Source of the DNA: Guillardia theta CCMP2712
Lineage: Eukaryota > Protista > Cryptophyta
NCBI RefSeq assembly: GCF_000315625.1
Contig: NW_005434595.1
Location: forward strand, 297,826 to 361,825
Reading direction: 5' to 3'
DNA: 64,000 bases
The notes under the pieces: model-generated
Told to the model about the DNA's origin: nothing
The model's database searches: none
What the model saw: the letters and a program-made list of their open reading frames with translations, nothing else
Shown here: piece by piece, positions 36,201-46,400 of the stretch
Position numbering within the stretch: the stretch's first letter is position 1
How the letters are laid out: the number at the start of each line of letters is the position of its first letter
Translations under genes and position numbers: made by a program

Positions 36201-39200
36201 GAGGAAGCAACTCTCTTTCTCTCTTCTCGCGAAGGACCGATATGCATCGTCCATATTGAACTTCTATGGCTCCTGCCCTCGTCATCGCCTCCGCTTCCCT
36301 GTCTCCTTCTTCCTGCACTTGCGCTTTCTCGGAGGACATCGATGCTGCCTCTGTTGCCTGAGCACCTTCATTCTCAGTCGCAGTGTCATCATTCTGTGGA
36401 TTATCTTTCATCAGAACCTCCTGAGAGCTTTGTTTGATGCTCCCACGTGATTTCTTCAATCTTTCTTCTCTCATGAAGTTCTTTAGAGCCATACGGCATC
36501 GTTCCAGCTCAATCGCATGTTTGCTCTTGTCTCGTCCGATGTCGCTTTGAATTTTCAACCAATCATCATAGGTCGCTCGGATCGTCACGTTCTTGCCCGG
36601 AAGCTTTTGAATATTCAAGAATCTCAAGCTCAAGATACGATGATTGAGCTTGTCAATTTCAGCTGCGATCTCATCCATTTCTTGCATCGCCTGACTTCTT
36701 TCCTTTGCCTTAGTTCGCAAGCCCTCTGCCAGTCGTCCTTTGGGACCAGTTTCCTTCCGCAAATAATTCATCCGATTCTCTTTCTCCGACAGTTGCCCTC
36801 GCAACTGGTTAGTTTCGTCATTGGCTTGCAAGACTTGTTTACAAGCAGCGAGCATGAGCTTGACTAGCTTGTCCATCAGGTTGTCCATGTTGCTGACATG
36901 CGGGTGAAGTTCAAAGATTATGTTGATCGTGGCGACCCATCTCTCAGACGTCATCAAAGTTTCCAGGCAAACGATCAGCAACCGAGAGACAGCACTGACA
37001 TCAAAGACGTCTCCTCCTGTCAGTATTCCTCCATAGACGCGATAAATCACTCCATCCGAGAACTTATACGAACGAAGGTTATAAGGGGGATTGAATGCCT
37101 GTCGCTCTGTCAGAGTCAAGTCCGCAGACGCAACTCCACGGCATAAGTCGTCCTGCTCCTTGATCATCTTCACAATGGCCTCAGCAATATCTCGAAGCAA
37201 GTGCGAGATGTACACCCTTGTCTCTTCATCGGAGAAGAACTCCTTGACCACATTCAGAGCTTGCATACAACAGTTAAGCATCAATGTCCATGCCCTCCCT
37301 CTGCTCGCCAAGTTTACAGCTTGAGTGAAGCTCTTCAATGCCGCATATGGTCCTCGAAGTCTCCGTGGTAGTTTTGGCTTCTTGATGTAAGCAGGATCTG
37401 AAGGATCTAATGCCTGAATCTTGGTCTTGCCTTCTCCTTCTCTGTCTTCCTGACCTTCAGCTTCGGCTTCGTCCTCCCCACCATCCTCCCCACCACCTTC
37501 AAGCCCCGCCCTCATACATTCGTCGTACAAGATTTGACCATGCTCGAACCGCAAAGCGGCGAGCCATGGCACATGACCTTTCAGCAAACGCCGAACTTCT
37601 CGATGCTCCCGACAGAATCTGATTCGAGCGAGAAGGAGCTTGGCAATCCTATCGGCAGCTGCTTCTTTTCTCACTGTCAGTCTATTCTCAGCGTTTTCCC
37701 TTCGCCTTTCTTCTCGCTCATTCCGAGAGATTTTCTTTTGTTCCCACTCCTCTACTTCTGCATCTGAAGGAGTGAGAAACTGCAACTCTAGATCTTTCTT
37801 CCGAAGATTGTCCGCTTTTTCCTCTTCCTTATCTGCTTCTTCTTCCTGGATTTCTTCTGGCGTAGGTTCAAGAGAAGGGAGAGGCGTCTTCTCGGGAGCA
37901 ACCGGTGAGCTGTTCACCAGCCTTCCTCTCTGCTCTGTCGCCCGCGTGAAGGCTTCCTGGATCCACTCCTTCAGTTGGTCCTGCTTCTTCTCTGATATCG
38001 CCTGACGCACGGCTCGATAAGTGAACTCAAGGAAACGAGCTTCGTCCTCAGAGATGGCATCCTTGGCAGCCTCCGGGCTTCCGACAAGAAGCGGGTAGAT
38101 GCTCACTTCAGAGCTTGTCACTTTCTCCTTCACTTCCGCCAGCTTCTCACGCACGGGTTCCAGGACCAGCAGGTACTCCCACAAGGCTTGATCCTCTCGC
38201 GAGAACTTGAAACCCGTCACGCCCCTCAGCCACAGCTGCTGGGAAACCTCAGACAGGACAACCTCTTTCATCAGCTCAGGTTCCTGCAAGTCAGAGACGA
38301 ACTCAAGCAAGCTGTATGTCAAGCAAGACATCACTCTTCGAACCGAAGTGCTGACAACATTCAGTTCAGTCTCGTTCTCCAAACTCTCTGCGTGAGTTTG
38401 TTGCAAGCGACTTGCCATCATTCGAATCGCAGTCCAGGCAAGCAGCAGAGTCTGTCCGATGGAGTCGTGCTTGGTCTTCTTCTTCAGCGATGGTATGACC
38501 GCATGATACAGTTGCATGACTGCACGACACGCCAGAGTGTCGTCTCTGATGCTCATGCACACATAAATTGCCATCATAATCTTTTTGCAGGCCCGCAAAC
38601 GTAATCGATCAACGTCCACACTTGGCGCCTGTTCATCTTGGGAGGGATCAATCGTAGCCTTGCTTAGACCGTAATGAGCAAGGTTACAGAGAACCATTGC
38701 AAACGTGCGGAGAAGTGGGGGAGGAGCTCGATCGAGGGCCTCGAACACCAGTGTGTCTTGAGAAAGAGCCGTCTGCTCCCAGCTTCTGACCATCGGTCCT
38801 TCATGCACGAACACGTTGTAGAGTTTGCGGCTCGAGGAGAGAGAGATCTGAGTCAAGCCCATCTCCCAGGCAGATAGAGAAATATGGCTCCAGATTTGGA
38901 GGATTGGAAGCGGAAGCAGGGCAGCAACGGGTAAGCTCGTCTCCCCTATCCCTTCGATCACTTTTCCTCCCTCGTCGAACGCAGCCACCGCAAACACGTA
39001 CGTCTCATTGGGCTGCAACCCCTTCACACTGAACGTCTCTCCTGCAGCTTTCGGGATCCCACTCCCGTGACACTCGACATTGTTGAGAGAGACCGCGACG
39101 CCGCTGCCTTCCTCCTTGCAGTACAGAGCGAACGAGGCAACAGTCCTCCCGTCGCCCTTCAACTGCATCCATGAGTCTGCAGTGAAGATCATTTGAGTCG

Positions 39201-41832
39201 CACTGCGCATGAGCAGCCTAGGAGAAGGAGGGATTCGATGCCGTTGAGACGATGGCTCCATTCGTATTTGCTTCTCCAACAATTCTTCTTCCAGGCTTGC
39301 TTTCTCCAGATATTCGATTGCCTGGAGCAGCAGCTGTTCTCGCTCAGCAGACTTTCTGGGAAGACGAGCCATCTCTATGAGGAGAATGGCCTTCTCGTAG
39401 GAGTTCTTGTTGCAGGCAGCAAGAATCTCTCGCTCCCGAGAGGGAGGAGGGACCAACGGACGATACTTGTCTGACCTGGCTTGACGGATCTCCTCGTTCA
39501 TCTGCTTCCTTGACTTGGTGCCCAAAATGTTCTGATCCTTGGTTCGTTGCAGCCTCGAATGAGCATGTGAAGCTTCTCTTGCCGCATAAACTTTCCTGTA
39601 GTCATCGACCGCTCCCAAGAGGATGTTTCGGTACAGGGCGTGCAGCAAATCAACTTGCAGGTAAGCCAAGGCTTGTTCTAGCGCAGTCAGCGTCTTGTGA
39701 TCGCTTCCTTGGAAGTCTGTACTGATGCGGATGGATGGAAGGGCATGCAGATCTTCCCAACGTGTTCCCGAGGGCTGGTTGATGAGCAGCAAATCGGTTC
39801 GAGTCCGGTACAGCATCTCGATCCCATCCTGCAGCGTCTTAACTGCATCCTCCCGTCGGTCCCGCTTTTCGAAGAGGTTTGAAAGCCGCAGGCACAAACT
39901 TGCAACAAGGAAGGCGTCGTCAAAACGAACCCATCTTAACGTTTTGCCAATGGCTCGTAGAATGTCGGTAGCAATCTGCCGCAACGATGGTCCTACCACA
40001 GCTCGAGCAACACTGGTTGTGCTCTTCTCCCCATCTGCTCCCTCATGCACCTTGTCAGTCTCTGTGGAATCGCCTCCTTCCTGTTCCTCCTGCTGGTCGC
40101 CGACCTCTTTGTCTCCTTCCTCTGCCCCATCCTCTGCTTTATTCTCTCCTTCCCCCTTATTGATCGTTTGAGTTTGTCCGGGACTTGTTCTCTCGGGTGG
40201 CTGAGGGATGGGAGGAGGTTCTTCTATGCTTTCAGGATCAGTCGAGTCAGCAAGCTGCAGCAGAGAGTTGACGTGATTCCAGGCAAGCAGAGCAGCATCA
40301 GCAAAGAGATCAGCACCATCAGAGCTGTTGGAGCTCAACTCACTTGATTCGATCGTTAGCTCGATGAGAACACCAGTCACCGTCGAAAGACCGTTCAACT
40401 TCTTCCAAACTTTCTCATGTTGCTGGGTGTTTGGTGGGAGAATAATCTGATCGTTGCTTTCAGATGGCTTCGGATGTTCCAGGGAGGAGAGAGCACGAAG
40501 AAGTTTGATTTGAGCCACTTGTATGCTGGAACAACTCTCATGCCTTATCCTATTTTCACATACTTCCAGAAATGATTCGAAAATTTCCATCAGCTCAAAA
40601 TTATAGGCAAATTTTGTAAGTTCAAGGGTCAATTCTATCGGTACTTCCTGAGAAACTTTATGATACTGTTCCTCAGTGATTGCATCTTCATTTTCTGCAG
40701 TTTCATCCTTAACGGGATGCTTTCCGAAGCTGGTAAAAGTGTCCACAAAAGGTTTCATGCGCTTGTACAGTGCATTGAGAATCGAAACCTTGGTAGCTTC
40801 CTCCTCTGTTGGAGGTAAATGCCGAAGCGTTCTTCTCTCTGTACTCCTCAAAATCTGTATCACTGCTGCGATCGTCTCAGACAAAGAGTCTGACAGGACA
40901 GCCAGAAGGTCATTCACAACGCTCTCACCATCTGCTGCTTTGCATCGATAAACGCAAGTCATCATCTCAGCCTCAGCTGAATTGATCATTCTGCGAATGC
41001 TTGCTGGCGGTGGAACCGGGTCGATTTCTTCGATCTGCTGTAGTTTCTTGACTTCAGCCAAGCCTCTCTCAGCGAAATGAAGCGCTTCTTCTTTCATCTT
41101 CACTTCTTCATACGCAAAGCATACTGCAGCATAAAGCCGAACCCGCCAGTTCAAATACTTGGCTTGATTCAAGGGCACTTGGGCTTCCATCGACAACGAT
41201 GCAAACAAGAGATACTCGATCGCAACAGAGCAGTACCCACATGTCAGTAACGGTCTGCAAAGCGTGAAGATGGTGATGGTCGAATTGTACACAAGCCAAT
41301 ATGCTTCCTTCCACCTTGAAACCTGCTTGCTGAGACTCCTTGCCTCGTCCAGCAAGTGCAGGATGGTTCCTACACTATCTAACTTGCGTAGCTGAGGATC
41401 TGATTCCATCAGCAAAGAGAAGCTGCATGAGATTATCCCTAACTTTGAGCGAACAGTCAGCGAAATTTCCTCAGAGTAATTCATTTCAGGGCGAATTCCA
41501 TGTCTTGATTCAGACATGTTGAGATACTTGTGGTAGCAAGAAGTGCTCGCCAATCGGTGTTCCTGCACTTTGGAGAACTCGTCTCCAAACTTCACGAGGC
41601 GGGGATAGTAAACTTCAGCAGGAAGACGTGGAGGCCTGTATGCCTCCATGACGCTGACGGCCTTGAGATACAAGACGCTGTGAGAATGTTCGCGAGCACT
41701 TGACTTCGTCGCATTCGGGATTAGGCCATTTTGCTTCCGAAAGATTTTTGCGAGCGAGGAGATCTCTTTATCGAACTCATTCAGAGTCTTCAAGACAGTC
41801 AAGCTCAGGGTGTTGCCCTGCTGCGGCTGCAT
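33202..41832 (-). CDS. CFAP54: Cilia- and flagella-associated protein 54
   Basis: About 2880-aa ORF. N-terminal YWLVYNSTITIFTLCRPL...EYLLFASLSMEAQVPL...YLNWRVRLYAAVC and Fn3-like GLQPNETYVFAVAAFD match CFAP54; TPR-like helical remainder. Confidence 0.85.
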   Translation of the reverse strand: MQPQQGNTLSLTVLKTLNEFDKEISSLAKIFRKQNGLIPNATKSSAREHSHSVLYLKAVSVMEAYRPPRLPAEVYYPRLVKFGDEFSKVQEHRLASTSCYHKYLNMSESRHGIRPEMNYSEEISLTVRSKLGIISCSFSLLMESDPQLRKLDSVGTILHLLDEARSLSKQVSRWKEAYWLVYNSTITIFTLCRPLLTCGYCSVAIEYLLFASLSMEAQVPLNQAKYLNWRVRLYAAVCFAYEEVKMKEEALHFAERGLAEVKKLQQIEEIDPVPPPASIRRMINSAEAEMMTCVYRCKAADGESVVNDLLAVLSDSLSETIAAVIQILRSTERRTLRHLPPTEEEATKVSILNALYKRMKPFVDTFTSFGKHPVKDETAENEDAITEEQYHKVSQEVPIELTLELTKFAYNFELMEIFESFLEVCENRIRHESCSSIQVAQIKLLRALSSLEHPKPSESNDQIILPPNTQQHEKVWKKLNGLSTVTGVLIELTIESSELSSNSSDGADLFADAALLAWNHVNSLLQLADSTDPESIEEPPPIPQPPERTSPGQTQTINKGEGENKAEDGAEEGDKEVGDQQEEQEGGDSTETDKVHEGADGEKSTTSVARAVVGPSLRQIATDILRAIGKTLRWVRFDDAFLVASLCLRLSNLFEKRDRREDAVKTLQDGIEMLYRTRTDLLLINQPSGTRWEDLHALPSIRISTDFQGSDHKTLTALEQALAYLQVDLLHALYRNILLGAVDDYRKVYAAREASHAHSRLQRTKDQNILGTKSRKQMNEEIRQARSDKYRPLVPPPSREREILAACNKNSYEKAILLIEMARLPRKSAEREQLLLQAIEYLEKASLEEELLEKQIRMEPSSQRHRIPPSPRLLMRSATQMIFTADSWMQLKGDGRTVASFALYCKEEGSGVAVSLNNVECHGSGIPKAAGETFSVKGLQPNETYVFAVAAFDEGGKVIEGIGETSLPVAALLPLPILQIWSHISLSAWEMGLTQISLSSSRKLYNVFVHEGPMVRSWEQTALSQDTLVFEALDRAPPPLLRTFAMVLCNLAHYGLSKATIDPSQDEQAPSVDVDRLRLRACKKIMMAIYVCMSIRDDTLACRAVMQLYHAVIPSLKKKTKHDSIGQTLLLAWTAIRMMASRLQQTHAESLENETELNVVSTSVRRVMSCLTYSLLEFVSDLQEPELMKEVVLSEVSQQLWLRGVTGFKFSREDQALWEYLLVLEPVREKLAEVKEKVTSSEVSIYPLLVGSPEAAKDAISEDEARFLEFTYRAVRQAISEKKQDQLKEWIQEAFTRATEQRGRLVNSSPVAPEKTPLPSLEPTPEEIQEEEADKEEEKADNLRKKDLELQFLTPSDAEVEEWEQKKISRNEREERRRENAENRLTVRKEAAADRIAKLLLARIRFCREHREVRRLLKGHVPWLAALRFEHGQILYDECMRAGLEGGGEDGGEDEAEAEGQEDREGEGKTKIQALDPSDPAYIKKPKLPRRLRGPYAALKSFTQAVNLASRGRAWTLMLNCCMQALNVVKEFFSDEETRVYISHLLRDIAEAIVKMIKEQDDLCRGVASADLTLTERQAFNPPYNLRSYKFSDGVIYRVYGGILTGGDVFDVSAVSRLLIVCLETLMTSERWVATINIIFELHPHVSNMDNLMDKLVKLMLAACKQVLQANDETNQLRGQLSEKENRMNYLRKETGPKGRLAEGLRTKAKERSQAMQEMDEIAAEIDKLNHRILSLRFLNIQKLPGKNVTIRATYDDWLKIQSDIGRDKSKHAIELERCRMALKNFMREERLKKSRGSIKQSSQEVLMKDNPQNDDTATENEGAQATEAASMSSEKAQVQEEGDREAEAMTRAGAIEVQYGRCISVLREKRERELLPLALQEYGEILYFCGRHREAGLAWNDALDSIFTVMNVGRQWRDLIPTTLLTNPPAQAQRSSLLKKYGLNNILLATVLCFKLSSLTYRLDLHLQLEYSLFAAHLVALTFTCGQPHPSRARDFADYTPRELTASDPFANDSSMCDAATLADASSFCCQVLFEYKFYLQMLPFASFYQWLAKERIKDPASYANACAWKARACVHIGAMPEAINLLVNTFRGVGLPSILSVSQASSVGDSSSSFLKSAFKVDEPQSYSQNDKEIRMVSELKLSEQLQSLYPDRVKFILELVKIELIITYCGVKPFWPQQDENVSELCTLSEGLLEDLRKEYFGPLSGDEDALRQSQTGEGGLMNASLNQALSFTAECDLIKCNLMMKRGFYSSVLDITAELCKLLEDKGPIQGLAIKKSIDPKIWLKVRSMRCQALLRQSRWTFLRQESNRVLQEMARLNEQLVLRDIMTYQAMHDLHQGKLDLSMATLEEIINKATKLESTDLGLAVLYASLADVQKELRHIRAALHSIRLAETIMHEHFASLGLADMKNKYIADAFELVKVKVLRAHLEIQVPDLDKNNLETSVLLCNEAETLMSGLSYVSDRTISKLHFARARAKRQLSSLESAPLVWGGICRTDDAEKEKQDENKQRVLYEAIVSDLKAALRYASRDAFDFDSIRSILLEAATLNGTRFESRDQPMNLHRSIRLLKLACEFSTRVQSLQKLLKDSQGSGEDPPDFLVRELEESLDERKRSQSYWSYENEQLEQRQLRGMIYSLLSQLKEQRFYLFDTDHTGLRISKIHQFLIKSFTPYADTCAPIEEDELMQVQVPEAGLVLLQWYRTSDGAQQDTVSLLCALSPSTEEDEQSSKDCYVFCVEVNKSWAHEFSREIASARWQRDEDELGPGPARTEWDVSVYPSLGRLELQGEEAAARKKSDLEHFMMLTNKDIRLHVGGLASESQQTAEEASLFTVQELDSIDNWFNGPGVAITDGRVCNFFVDALKSKIADHVRRCKE

Positions 41833-42186
41833 TGTGAGATGCGACACTCTTACTTTTTCAGTGGTCAGATAAGAGAAACCTGCAAGCTAGTTCAGCAAGG
41901 AGATATGAAACTCGTCCCGTTGAGTTCAGAGCTTGTACTTGTCTCTCTTCGTCATAGTACCTCTGTCCTCTTCCTCCTCTCTTTCCTTCCTGCACTTGCG
42001 CCCTCCGCTCCCCGTCCTCCTCCTCCCCTCCTTCACCTGCTCTGCCATCGCGCACCGGCCGTTGATGTTTGTGACACCAGGGGGTGGGGTACTTTTTGAT
42101 TATGGAATGGGGGTACTCTGTTGGACGTCGAGAAAACAATGAGGGGCAGGAGCAGGAGGTAGAGAGAGGAAGGGAAGAGAGGTAGG

Positions 42187-43330
42187 ATGAAGGAAACCTT
42201 GCCTGGATGCAGTCTTGTCATTCTCTGTTTCCTGGTTGGCTTGTTGGGAGTTGCTCTAGGAGAAGACCGATGCGAATTCAAAGATCGTTACCCGCTTCAG
42301 TACGTTGCCTACAAGACTAGTAAAGCACCGATAGTCGATGGCAGACTGGATGACAAGGCATGGCAAGAGGTAGGATGGAGTGAAAGCTTCCAGGATATCA
42401 CGGGGGATTCGTCAAAAACTCCGTATCATGAGACAAGAATGAAAATGAGGTGGGATGATGAATTCTTGTACATCGGAGCAGTTCTTACCGAGCCGGACAT
42501 CTGGGCAAACATAACCACGGACAATCAAGTCATCTTTCATGACAATGATTTTGAATTCTTCATTGATCCTGCTGGCTCGACACACTTTTACAAGGAGTTT
42601 GAAGTCAACGCTGCAGGTGCTCAGTGGTCTCTTTGTTTGAATAAGCCATACCTCAATGGAGGATACGAGAATTCCAGCCGCGTCTTTCCCGGACATGGAT
42701 GGTCGTTTTCCTCACACCTGCAATCCGCGATTTTCATAAGTGGAACTTTAAACAATCCAAAGGATGTTGATGACTACTGGTCAGTGGAACTTGCAGTTCC
42801 ACTCGGTGAGGTGCAGTACAACAACTCAGCGGGGAAAGTAACATCCGGTTCGCTATGGAGGATCAACTTCAGCCGCGTACAATGGCACGTCGTGAAGGTC
42901 GGGGATCACTATGAAAAAGTAGCAGGGCCGGAAGAGAATTGGGTCTGGTCGAAGATGGGAGAGGTGAACATGCATCTTCCAGAGAGGTGGGGTTACCTGC
43001 AGTTTGCGGATGGGAAAGTGAACTCCACAAAGGTGAAGCCTGACTCTCAATGGACGTTACGATGTGTCTGTATGGCTCTGTACACGGCACAGCTGAGGTA
43101 TAAGGACGTTCATGGCCAGTACACCAACTTAGTGGAAGAGTTGCTTCCCTTCGACCCCGATGCAGTGCTGCCCGGGACTTGCTCGAGCTACCCTGATATC
43201 AAGCTCACAAAGAATGGGGGGTAAGGTGATGAGGCGAGATGAAATATGCTCACATGTTTCTTTGCAGATATGTTGCCATGGTTACGTCCAAGAGCGGAGA
43301 TATGTTGGCAACGATCAGAGACGACAGGTA
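42187..43330 (+). CDS. Secreted carbohydrate-binding family 9-like (DOMON/CBM9_like) protein
   Basis: Signal peptide; IVDGRLDDKAW, KMRWDDEFLYIGA, DNDFEFFIDP, WRINFSRVQW, NWVWS, MHLPERWGYLQF. Intron near 43221; 3' end approximate. Confidence 0.8.
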
Positions 43331-43403
43331 GCAGACTCTTCATGTACACAGCCAACGTTCACATATTTACAACGTACTTTACATTCGAGTTTGCTCAACT
43401 GCC

Positions 43404-46400
43404 TTGCAGGTTCCTGCAAGTTGTACCAGCTTCGCCACTCGAGAGACTGTAATCTTTCGACGGGGAGCACGTGCGTCATTCACGCTTCTGCAGCTCTCGC
43501 TCCTTCCCTCTCAAGCCCTCCAGAAAGCGAACATGTGCTGCATGGCGAGCAACTTTGACCGCATCCTGCTGGAGGACGGCCTCTCTTTCCTCAAGGCTCA
43601 TGCTGAGTCTGCTCGCCTTCTCCTCGCTTGCTCTGCTCCTCTTCGCTGCTTCGACTTTGGCCTGTGAAATCATCAACGTGAACATCTTTCCCTTGTACAA
43701 GTAGCTCAAATGAATACCACGATCGCCTCCTCCCTCAGCTTCGTCAGCCTCCGCTGCTCAGCTCCAGCACCATCATTCGGGTAGACATGCAAGCATGTAC
43801 TGAGAGGAATGACATCCCACAGCTGCTCGCTGCTCTCGACGGGCCCATTCAAGTTGCCCTCGAAGCCGGTGGTCTCATCTCCCGTATGCCTTTCTGTCCA
43901 GTAGACGTACCAACTCGTTATCTTACTGAGCCAGGCCTCTTCTCTTCCGCGCGACCTCCCCTCGAGCAGGCGAGAGTGAATGAAGGAGTTGAGGGCGAGC
44001 ATGCTGCATCCCGCGACTGTAGGGGCCCACGAGAGAGAGAGGAGAGGAGGGGAGCTGAGAGCGTTCTTGGCATGCAGCTTGATCTCGACGTAACGATCGC
44101 CGGACGAGGAGACACCATGCTCGTCAAGATACAAAGTCAGGGCATCAGCCCTGAGGATCTGATCGCTCCCTTCCTGCAAGACTTTGGTCTCGCTCCCTTG
44201 TGGTCCCTGTGAGAGACTCTCACGATCCATGAGTAAGAAACAAATCGCACCTGGTTGAACGTCCTCTTGTCCCTCTGCAGCCAATCCATCCTACCTCTTC
44301 CTCCATTCGAACAGAGCACATATTGACTTGACTTCCACTTCCCCACTGAACAATCCACACACTCCAACCTCGTCTGACTTCCAACAATCTGCTAACAGGG
44401 TTACAATCATTCCACAACAGAAGTGAAGAAGACCTTCACTTGTACGAGAGGGTTTGAGTTGTTGTTGTTTGCAACTTCGATGTCTTGCATTGTAACCAAG
44501 CTTCCTCCGGTCACATGCACTCCCTGTTTGTTGTTGCCCGCGATCCTCCCACCTTGTATTTGGAGCTCCGTGTGCATACCGTCTACCTTGAGCCCTTCAG
44601 CTCGGTTTGCTAAAAAGCAAGACTCGCGTGAGGAGCATGTTGACTGCTCGATGGCTTGCATGCCTGCTTCTCCGTTGTTGGAGACGGAAGTGCGATCGAG
44701 AGAAAGGAGAGAGTCTGATCCTGCCACTTGTACTCCATGTCGGTAGTTGGAGGTGACGCTGCAGTCGATGAGATTGGCGCCTCCCCCGTGAGCTACCATC
44801 ACTCCGTTGAGCAGGTTCGTATGGAAGGAAGATGATTCTGCATGCAGCAACGGCTTTCCAAACGATTGAGTGGCCATGTGGCTGGATTGGACGGGCATGC
44901 CCCCTGGCTGGGGGCGAGAAGAAGCATCGTCCTCAACTCGGACATCTCTGTCGCAGTACACACTGTAAGCTCCATGGCCTCGACAATTCCTTACAACAGA
45001 CGAGATCATTTTCACTCGCCCGCCATTGTGAGCAACAACTCCATGCTTTCCACAGTCTTCGATGATGCTGTTATGGATGATAACATGTGCGATGGGACCA
45101 ACACAAACTCCATTGTAGTCTGCGCTCTTAACTCGGCAGTCGTTCAGTATCATCTCTCCCCCTCGCTCCACCATGATAGCGCACATTTCGATGTTGCTTT
45201 GGATCAGCTTAAACTTCCTCTCTACTTCCTTGTGTTCAACAGCAATGCTCTGCAACTTTTCTTGAAGCTCACTGATCTCCAACTTTGTCTGATGAAACTC
45301 ACTCTCCAGTAACGACACGTGATCTCTTTGCTCACAAACGAAGTCATCCACAACTTGATTCACCATCTCTTCAATGAGATTCAGGATTATTGACCGTTGG
45401 CTGATGAACGCATCGGAGCCCTGTGAAAGAGAAAGCTTCACCGAAGATTGATCCATCTGCCCAGCAAAGTTTAAAAGAACAGCGACAAATTTCATCCCGG
45501 CCTTACTGATTCGGAGTTTTCTTTCAACCTCAGCTTTTCTTTCTTGAGCAGGCGCTCAAGGTGATGTATGTGTGTCTTCAGAGAAGCAGCACGATTGTCT
45601 CTCTCGGCGTCATGCAGCAACTGCAGGTAGAAGAGAAGCTGCTTGAGAAGCGACGCGTATAGCTTGAAAGAATCTCTGCAGCAACACGACAATCACCACA
45701 GGCTTCCCCCCTTCTCCCCCAAGGACTACCTGCCAGTTTGCTCTACTCGTGATCGACATGTCTTGAATCGATAGAAAGCAGGGAGCTCCTACTCGTCCCG
45801 TCATCATCTTCCCTCACTCGCCGCATGCATTACCTTTCCTTCGTCCCCTGGAAGCGACTGCCCCCTCCCTTCCGCCTCCTCTCCTCCTCCCGCTCCCTGC
45901 TCGTGCTCCCAGTGCGCCCCCATGACACCTGGTGCAAGACGATCCATGCGGAACCCGGCAGGAGCAGAGCTGGAGACGTCGCCCCCTTGAACCACCATGA
46001 GACCGTTGAGCGTCACGCCTGGCAAACATCAGCGAGCGGACGAGACAGGAGCTTGAGCTACCGGGAGACGAGCAAATCACAACAGGAAGACCAGGATCAG
46101 TCTGAGTAAGGCTGACGCGATCTCTTGTCATCGCGATGACGTTGAGGGGCTTGTCAAGGACAAGGCTCTCCTCAAAGATCCCCTCCGACATCCCCAAAGT
46201 TCCTCCAGGCGCCACCGCAAGGATGGCCGGGCGGAGCTTCTCATGCGGGCCCACGAGAATTCGAGGCACATTATGCCTGTACCCTCGAGCACCGAACTGT
46301 GTTAAGCCAACCCTGAAGGCCGCGAAGGAGGAGCGAACGTTGAGCTTGATGCTGTCGGTGATGATGGGATCAAGCTCCAGGCGCTGAGTCTTATCACTCT

